Shown one piece after another: positions 58,139 to 64,000 of a DNA stretch of 64,000 bases. Position 1 is the stretch's first letter; each line of letters begins with the position of its first letter. The stretch is from Fimbriimonadia bacterium (GTDB taxonomy: Bacteria > Armatimonadota > Fimbriimonadia > Fimbriimonadales > JABRVX01): NCBI GenBank assembly GCA_041483895.1, contig JBGPGO010000007.1:14304-78303 (forward strand). The letters run 5' to 3'. The notes beneath the pieces were generated by a model, which saw nothing but the letters and a program-made list of their open reading frames with translations, was not told the origin of the DNA and ran no database searches. Made by a program: the position numbers and the translations under genes.

Positions 58139-59286
58139 AACGGTTACCTCTTTTTCCGGTCACCACAGTTGGCAGCTGGCCACGTTCGCAAGAGTTGCTC
58201 CGGGCGTTCCGGCTAAAGCAACGGGGAGAGATGAGTGCTGCCGCCTTCGATCAGATTGCCGATGTCGCAGTCCGAGAGGTTCTTAGGTTGCAAGACGAAG
58301 CGGGAGTGGACATTGTTACGGATGGAGAGCAGCGGCGCGACAACTTCTATTCGTTTGTGGCGGAGAAACTCGACGGCGTCAAGCTAATGTCCCTCGCGGA
58401 GATGCTGGACCTCGTTGATGATAAGGCAGGCTTCGAGAAGATCCTACAGACCCTCGACGTCCCCGCCTATTCCATCAAGAATCCCACCTGCGACGGCAAG
58501 ATCGCTCGGCGCATGCCGCTCGCACTCGACGAATATCTATTCCTGCGCCGGCATACCGACAAGCCGATCAAAGTAACGCTTCCCGGCCCCTATCTGCTCA
58601 CCCGGGCTATGTGGGTTCCCGAGGTGAGCCGAGAGTTCTATGATTCCAAGGAGGATTTGGCGGAGGATGTGGTGACAATCCTGCGGCATGAGCTGACGGA
58701 CCTCATGGATGCGGGAGCCACTTTCGTCCAGTTCGACGAGCCGGTGCTGACTGAGCTGATGTTCACGCAGGGTCAGACGCGCACGTTCATGTGCGCCGCG
58801 CTCGCGTCAAGAAACGATCCGGCGGAAGAGCTGGAATTCGCGGTTGGCCTGATCAACCGCGTCGCCGAGGGCGGTGAAGGGCTGCGGATTGGGTTGCATG
58901 TATGCCGGGGGAACTGGAGTCGAAATGAGGAGACGCTTCTTCGAGGCTCTTACCACCCGCTCGTCTCGTACTTTGACAGGATGCACGTCCAGCAGTTCGT
59001 GCTCGAATATTCGACGCCGCGCGCCGGCGAACTGGTCGCGATTGACGGGAAGGAGATCGGCCTCGGGGTCGTCAATCCACGCACATCGGAGGTGGAGACG
59101 GTTGATCAGATCGTCGCGAGAGTTCGAGCGGCCATGGACATTATTCCGGTGGAGCGCATGTTCCTCAATCCGGACTGCGGCTTTGGGACATTCTCCGCCC
59201 GTCCGATGAATGACACGGAGACGGCAACCCGGAAGATGAAGGCCATTGGGAGAGCCGCACAGGCATTGAGAGAGGGCGTCGCATAG
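58054..59286 (+). CDS. cobalamin-independent methionine synthase (MetE C-terminal-like) family protein
   Basis: LPLFPVTTVGSWPRS, DGEQRRDNFYSF, HVCRGNW and LNPDCGF motifs. The only canonical start (ATG 58054) overlaps the upstream gene by 85 nt, so the true start is uncertain. Confidence 0.8.
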   Translation: MAPGPDDTVHGADGGGGEAGLLRRELIIERLPLFPVTTVGSWPRSQELLRAFRLKQRGEMSAAAFDQIADVAVREVLRLQDEAGVDIVTDGEQRRDNFYSFVAEKLDGVKLMSLAEMLDLVDDKAGFEKILQTLDVPAYSIKNPTCDGKIARRMPLALDEYLFLRRHTDKPIKVTLPGPYLLTRAMWVPEVSREFYDSKEDLAEDVVTILRHELTDLMDAGATFVQFDEPVLTELMFTQGQTRTFMCAALASRNDPAEELEFAVGLINRVAEGGEGLRIGLHVCRGNWSRNEETLLRGSYHPLVSYFDRMHVQQFVLEYSTPRAGELVAIDGKEIGLGVVNPRTSEVETVDQIVARVRAAMDIIPVERMFLNPDCGFGTFSARPMNDTETATRKMKAIGRAAQALREGVA

Positions 59287-59598
59287 CCTGTCGAAGGATG
59301 GACCGGCCGGTTGCGAGCGATACAGCACACTTGCGGTTCGGAGGCGAGGAGCGCTAATCTGTTTTTGACGCCAATCATCGACATCGTACAATAATCAGGA
59401 CCGAAACTACGCGATCTCGGAACGCTCTACATCTCCCGCAACATGACGCACAGATCTCCAATAGGGTGTATAAGGCGGCGATGAGCGACAAGATGGGTTT
59501 GAAGTCCTACGCAAAGGATATCAAGCGAAGGGCGAAGGAACGGAATTAGCGTGCTCTTCTCCATGGTGGGAATATACCTCCCACAAATTCTGTCTCCA

Positions 59599-59626
59599 GC
59601 TATCGAAAATGTCCATTATCGATAGC
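59599..59626 (-). repeat. dif-like 11-6-11 site g
   Basis: GCTATCGAAAA-TGTCCA-TTATCGATAGC. Its reverse complement GCTATCGATAA-TGGACA-TTTTCGATAGC matches site e at 24 of 28 positions. Confidence 0.75.
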
Positions 59627-59764
59627 AACAAAATTGCTGAGCCCTCGAAGCGGTGCTTGCGAAGAGGTGAGATGAGAGAGATCGCCTCGTTCTTCACGAG
59701 CGGTGCCTGCATCAAGAGGCGAGCGAAACTCCGGCGACGCGATGGTGCATTCGACATGCAGGTC

Positions 59765-62700
59765 CTACGGCCCCGTGTGCAACTCCGGCGAACCGGTCGC
59801 GACGAACCGAAGGAGTACGGTCGCGGACGCGTAGCTTCTGTGCTTGGGCAAACCGGCCACGTCGACGAACGATAGTTCCACCCCAACCGGCAAGCCGTGA
59901 AGTTCTTCCGGTCGCGGCCAGTTCCCGTCTTCCCGTGTGGTTCCGGAGCTCCCCGGTTTGAGCTCCAGCCGTGCGACCAGCTTTCGACTGGCGGTGTCCT
60001 TGGATCCCACGACCACCGACCACGGAAGACTCGGTGACGACAATCCCATCCACAGCTTCGGCTTGCCTTCCTGGGCCTGGAAATACTGTTCCGGGCCATG
60101 GTCGCCCAGCCACGACAAGTTCTCGAACGTACGGAATATGTCGGTGTCTCCCGATCCGGCCCGAATGAGTTGGGTGGCTTTGAGTTGCTTGCGTGTATTC
60201 CCAAGCCCCTGGATGCCGCCGATGACCGGAAAGTACACTTCGCCGATGGGAAGTTCCGTCGGATTGTCGATGTGCAGGGCGAACTGCACACCGTCGGGGG
60301 TCAATTCGATGGTCTCGGTAACGGTGACTGGATATTTCTTCCCAAGGTAGTTCCGCAGCGGACCCTTCCAAACGAGCGTCACCTTCGCGCCGTCGGTATG
60401 GAATTCAGAAAGCTTCTGGCTGTTTCCGACGATCCAATTTGCTTCAATCGTCTGCCACGGCTCTTTGCCGGGAATCACGAGCGCGAAGCGATAGCTGCCC
60501 GCGAGTCTTGGTTCGCGAATCAACTCCAACCCGGACGCTTTGTCGCGCATGCGAGTGACTGCGCCGTTCGCGCGGCTGATCTCAACGAGACACTCTGCGT
60601 TTTCCAAGCGGATCGTCGATCCACGGACGGCATTCGGAATCGGTGGCGGCACTCCACGATAGGACGCCGAGAGGTCGGCCGTGTGGACGTCATCGATGCA
60701 CAGCATAGAATAGGTCGCGGCATCAGCATCGTCGACCGCTTCAACATACACTCGCTCTCCTTTATGCCCCAAACCATCTAGGAATGCGGTCACGAACGAG
60801 GTCGTATTCGGGGCGTACACGCGGTCCAGTTCGGTGCCGTCCGCAAGCTTTAGCGCGATGGTGTTCCACTTCCGCGGCTTTCCGGAGCCTTGGATGGAGT
60901 TCCACCCGGATATCAAAAGTTGCACGCCGTCCCGGTCGAGCAGGAACGGTTTCGATCTCAGCAATCCCTTGGCCGCCTCTCCGGCTCCACCGCTCCAAGC
61001 CCAGCACTTCCCCCGCCAGCCGGAGTAGTACCCCCGGGAGTCGCGTGCGATGACCCAGGTCGGATCCGCCGTCCACCCGGCAAAGGCGCCAGTTTCGAAT
61101 CCACCGTTCGCAGGGCGCTCCACCGGTCGTTGTGCCGCTGGCATCCGTGCGCCTCCGTCACGCCCCAGCTCTTCCACGAAGGCGATGCGCTCTGCCGGTA
61201 CGACCACGTTCGCCGGCAATCGAAGGACGCAAGACGGTTCAAATGGGATGCGCACACGCGCCGCGCCGCGGAAGCCCGTGAGCGTCAGCGACGCGCGCCC
61301 AAGACCGCTGTTCGTGACCACGCACACCCGCCGGCCGGTCTTGCGGTTGCGGAAGACGTTCCAATCGAGCCCGCGTCCCGGTTCGCCCACAACGCTCACG
61401 CCGCTTTTGCCAAGGATCTCGCCATAGAAGACCGTCTCTTGCAGGCTGTCGCGGATCCGCTTGACCTCGCGGATGTATCGTGCGAGCCCACGGAATGGTA
61501 CCCAGGCGGGACTGTGACAGAAGTTCATCGGCGCGACCATGACAGTGTGCCCGCCCCGCACGGCGTTGTTTACGCCAAGGAAGTCGTAGGGTTGATACAG
61601 GCCGAGAGTCTCGGTGTTCTCGGGGAAAACCTGCCTCGTGATGATCTGGTTCCCGACCCACCAGGTCGAGCCAGTGAATTGGAGCAACCGGTCCCAGTTG
61701 CACTCGAAGGACATTGCCCACTCCGGCCGGTACTTCCGGCAGGCTGCCATAACCTCTTTGGTCAGCAGGATTGCGCCTTCCCAGGTTGCGGTGTCGGGAC
61801 TCAGCGGCACGTGGGGATTGTATTCGATTGCCGCCGGGAACATTTTGTCGACATGCACGCCGTCCGCGCCAATCGCGGCCAGCTTTGCGAATTGCCGGAC
61901 AAGCATTTGTCGAACTTCGGGAAATCCGAGATCCAGCCAGGTCATCAGCTTTGGATGATCCATGCGCGCCCAAAGCGTCCCCATGCCCCAACCGGCCATC
62001 CATGTGTACCCGCCGTTTGCGGTCATTTCTCGGTAATGTTCCAGTTCCTTCTTGTACCAATCCGATTCCACCATCGCCGGTTGGTAGTTCACAAAGAAGT
62101 AGACCTTGAGGCCCAATCTGTGGCAAGCGTGGATTCCTGCCTGCAGCTCCTTCCATGTCCCCAAACGAGGGTCCGGGGTGTAGTCGGGGTAGCCGTTGTC
62201 GTGGCCCCCCTTCTGCCAGCCGCTGATCTGGACGGCACGGAGCCCACACTGCTTCGCCGCTTTGGCCCATGCAGGGATATCCTTGAAGCGGAAATTGATG
62301 GTCCCCTCGGGCAGCATAAACATCGTCATCAGGAAGAACGACTCCCGACGGATCCAACACCTTGAGGGCTGTGCAATGCCGAAAGCGTTCTTGAACCAAC
62401 TGCGATATACGCGCCCTGCAGTACGCCAACCGCCGTCCACGAAGCGAAACACTGCGGAGGAGCCGTCAAAAGCGCCGCCCGGCTTCGTGAATGGGTGGTG
62501 TTCGATGCAGGCACACACGTCCATGCCGCCGCGTTCCATGAACCGGAACTGTTTGTACCGCGCGACGCGATCTTGGGAGGCGATATAGAGGGAACGGCCC
62601 GATGACTCGATGCATGCGAACGACATACACATCTGTCCGGGGTAAGCAAATGATGCGTCGGCGAACGGCAGCCTGAGGGGCTTCACCCATGGCGTCGACG

Positions 62701-63181
62701 TCGGAATCCAGACCTCGGCGCTTCTCATTTCGTTTAGCCCGCCGATGAATGGGTAGGCCGCACTCTGCAGCGTACCCGGCCCGTGGTTTTGGACGCTCAG
62801 CCGGAATTGCAACTCACCAAGGCGGATGGTGACCATCATGCGCGCGCTCAGTGGTTGCTCTCCCCCCGCCGTGTCCTTGAGCGGCGACGCCCACCGGAGG
62901 GTGATCGTATTTCCGGTCCGCTCGCAGCTTGCAACGCGCTGGTCCTTGCCGAGGATGGAGACCGCCCCTTTCCCGGGGAGGTCAAGTACCAGACGGTAGT
63001 TCTCCGCGAGTCCGGCTGGGGCGGCGAGCACAGTACCTGCGATCTTGTCGCGAATGGCTGCGAAGACGCCGGTCTCCGGGTCGATGCTGAGCGCGATCCT
63101 GCTGTCTTGGAGCTCGATAGGCTGAGCTACTACCCCGCAACCGGCGAAGAGTGCGAAAAGAACCGCCGCCTGCACGTGCAT
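59765..63181 (-). CDS. very large secreted glycoside-hydrolase-like protein (DUF6259-like TIM-barrel region)
   Basis: 1138 aa with a signal peptide (MHVQAAVLFALFAGCGVVA). The central region is paralogous to 23732-25903. Confidence 0.6.
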   Translation of the reverse strand: MHVQAAVLFALFAGCGVVAQPIELQDSRIALSIDPETGVFAAIRDKIAGTVLAAPAGLAENYRLVLDLPGKGAVSILGKDQRVASCERTGNTITLRWASPLKDTAGGEQPLSARMMVTIRLGELQFRLSVQNHGPGTLQSAAYPFIGGLNEMRSAEVWIPTSTPWVKPLRLPFADASFAYPGQMCMSFACIESSGRSLYIASQDRVARYKQFRFMERGGMDVCACIEHHPFTKPGGAFDGSSAVFRFVDGGWRTAGRVYRSWFKNAFGIAQPSRCWIRRESFFLMTMFMLPEGTINFRFKDIPAWAKAAKQCGLRAVQISGWQKGGHDNGYPDYTPDPRLGTWKELQAGIHACHRLGLKVYFFVNYQPAMVESDWYKKELEHYREMTANGGYTWMAGWGMGTLWARMDHPKLMTWLDLGFPEVRQMLVRQFAKLAAIGADGVHVDKMFPAAIEYNPHVPLSPDTATWEGAILLTKEVMAACRKYRPEWAMSFECNWDRLLQFTGSTWWVGNQIITRQVFPENTETLGLYQPYDFLGVNNAVRGGHTVMVAPMNFCHSPAWVPFRGLARYIREVKRIRDSLQETVFYGEILGKSGVSVVGEPGRGLDWNVFRNRKTGRRVCVVTNSGLGRASLTLTGFRGAARVRIPFEPSCVLRLPANVVVPAERIAFVEELGRDGGARMPAAQRPVERPANGGFETGAFAGWTADPTWVIARDSRGYYSGWRGKCWAWSGGAGEAAKGLLRSKPFLLDRDGVQLLISGWNSIQGSGKPRKWNTIALKLADGTELDRVYAPNTTSFVTAFLDGLGHKGERVYVEAVDDADAATYSMLCIDDVHTADLSASYRGVPPPIPNAVRGSTIRLENAECLVEISRANGAVTRMRDKASGLELIREPRLAGSYRFALVIPGKEPWQTIEANWIVGNSQKLSEFHTDGAKVTLVWKGPLRNYLGKKYPVTVTETIELTPDGVQFALHIDNPTELPIGEVYFPVIGGIQGLGNTRKQLKATQLIRAGSGDTDIFRTFENLSWLGDHGPEQYFQAQEGKPKLWMGLSSPSLPWSVVVGSKDTASRKLVARLELKPGSSGTTREDGNWPRPEELHGLPVGVELSFVDVAGLPKHRSYASATVLLRFVATGSPELHTGP

Positions 63182-63437
63182 TTCGTCTGCCTCCCGTTCA
63201 CGTCTTCACTTTGTCGCCGCATGGGTGACGTCCTTTATTCGGCCGGCGGGCGGTTAGCGCGTAGCATCCAACTGCCACGTGCGTCATGTTCCGATCTCGT
63301 TCTCAATCGTGAATTTGTTCAGTTTCTTGAAGGCCGCTCGTCCGATTCCCATAGCGATATGTGAATTATTATATAATCTTATTGAGACACAGCGCCGGGC
63401 GCAGAGAACGCCGGGCGCTCCAAGGAGAAGGCGAGAG

Positions 63438-64000
63438 ATGATTAACGGTACCGTTAGGTTTACCTTGGTATTTGCGGGGCTACTTGGATTCAGTGGCGGT
63501 CGGGCAGCGGGGCAAGTTCCCATCCCGGACCATATCGTCATCGTCATAGAAGAAAACCACAGCTACAACCAGATCATCGGCTCGGCGAGCGCACCGTTCA
63601 TCAACGGCCTGAGAATTCAAGGCGCTTTGCTGACCAACTCGTATGGCATCACTCACCCGAGTCAGCCGAACTACCTCGCCCTGTTTTCGGGTTCGACGCA
63701 AGGAGTGACCACCGACGCGACGCCGACCAACCTTCCGTTCACAACGCCCAACCTCGGCGCGCAGTTGCTTTCGGCTGGCATCACATTCGCGGGATACTCG
63801 GAGGGAATGCCATCGGTCGGCTATACCGGCGACAGTGCCGGCGGTTCGGGGGGTTACCGTCGCAAGCACAATCCGTGGGTGAATTGGCAGCAAATCAGCG
63901 GCGCACCGCCTAATACGTTGCCGAGCTCGGTCAATCTCCCCTATGCGCTCTTTCCCAGCGATTTCACGCAGTTGCCAAGAGTCTCGTTTGTTATTCCCAC
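63438..64000 (+). CDS. phosphoesterase-family (acid phosphatase/phospholipase C-like) protein, N-terminal part (3' end outside window)
   Basis: Absent from the ORF track because no stop is reached. AAGGAGA SD then ATG 63438: MINGTVRFTLVFAGLLGFSGGRAAG (signal), IVIVIEENHSYNQIIG, HPSQPNYLALFSGSTQG and RRKHNPWVNW are typical of PF04185-type phosphoesterases. Confidence 0.8.
   Translation, partial: MINGTVRFTLVFAGLLGFSGGRAAGQVPIPDHIVIVIEENHSYNQIIGSASAPFINGLRIQGALLTNSYGITHPSQPNYLALFSGSTQGVTTDATPTNLPFTTPNLGAQLLSAGITFAGYSEGMPSVGYTGDSAGGSGGYRRKHNPWVNWQQISGAPPNTLPSSVNLPYALFPSDFTQLPRVSFVIP

Noticed and set aside
59481-59549. 22-aa ORF (MSDKMGLKSYAKDIKRRAKERN) near site g.
   Set aside because: It is too short, has no SD and I can assess no conservation.
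63372-63377. TATAAT box upstream of the phosphoesterase gene.
   Set aside because: No acceptable -35 element lies at 16-18 nt spacing. The hexamer sits in an AT-rich stretch and could be chance.

Overview
GC-rich bacterial chromosomal window. I saw no rRNA, CRISPR array or classical IS transposase. All family names come from motif recall, because no searches were run.

- **1-19.4 kb** looks like core genome. It holds a ferritin-like gene end, a Tat-signal sugar-phosphate isomerase, a beta-barrel protein and an MFP-RND-MarR-TolC efflux operon. It also holds an AIM24-family gene, ilvE plus a second aminotransferase, small membrane proteins, a GH29 fucosidase, an acyltransferase and a methyltransferase.
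- **19.8 kb** has a tRNA-Asn(GTT) followed by a tyrosine integrase, which opens an accessory region.
- **21.6-23.6 kb** holds an orphan Rhs tip carrying a phospholipase-A2-like toxin motif, a candidate 4-TM immunity gene and a YD-repeat fragment.
- **23.7-35.5 kb** holds three very large glycoside-hydrolase-like genes and a sugar ABC transporter.
- **36-59.7 kb** is a mosaic and the most interesting part.
  - Two closely similar Xer-type tyrosine recombinase genes sit in inverted orientation.
  - Seven 28-bp dif-like (11-6-11) palindromic sites lie at the borders of unrelated gene modules.
  - The modules are: a split nucleotide-cyclase/STAND NTPase with two WH-TPR sensor paralogues; a decayed type I R-M locus with a PIN toxin; a SIR2-like gene; a malectin-domain glycosidase; a secreted hypothetical protein; and an OsmC/ACAD/PBP/MetE-like metabolic block.
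  - Several genes here are truncated, frameshifted or carry nonsense codons.
  - A perfect 45-nt copy of the tRNA-Asn 3' half lies inverted at 47.2 kb. It is flanked by the same TTGACAC repeat modules that follow the intact tRNA, giving an attP-like layout.
- **59.8-64 kb** holds another giant GH-like gene and the 5' part of a phosphoesterase gene.
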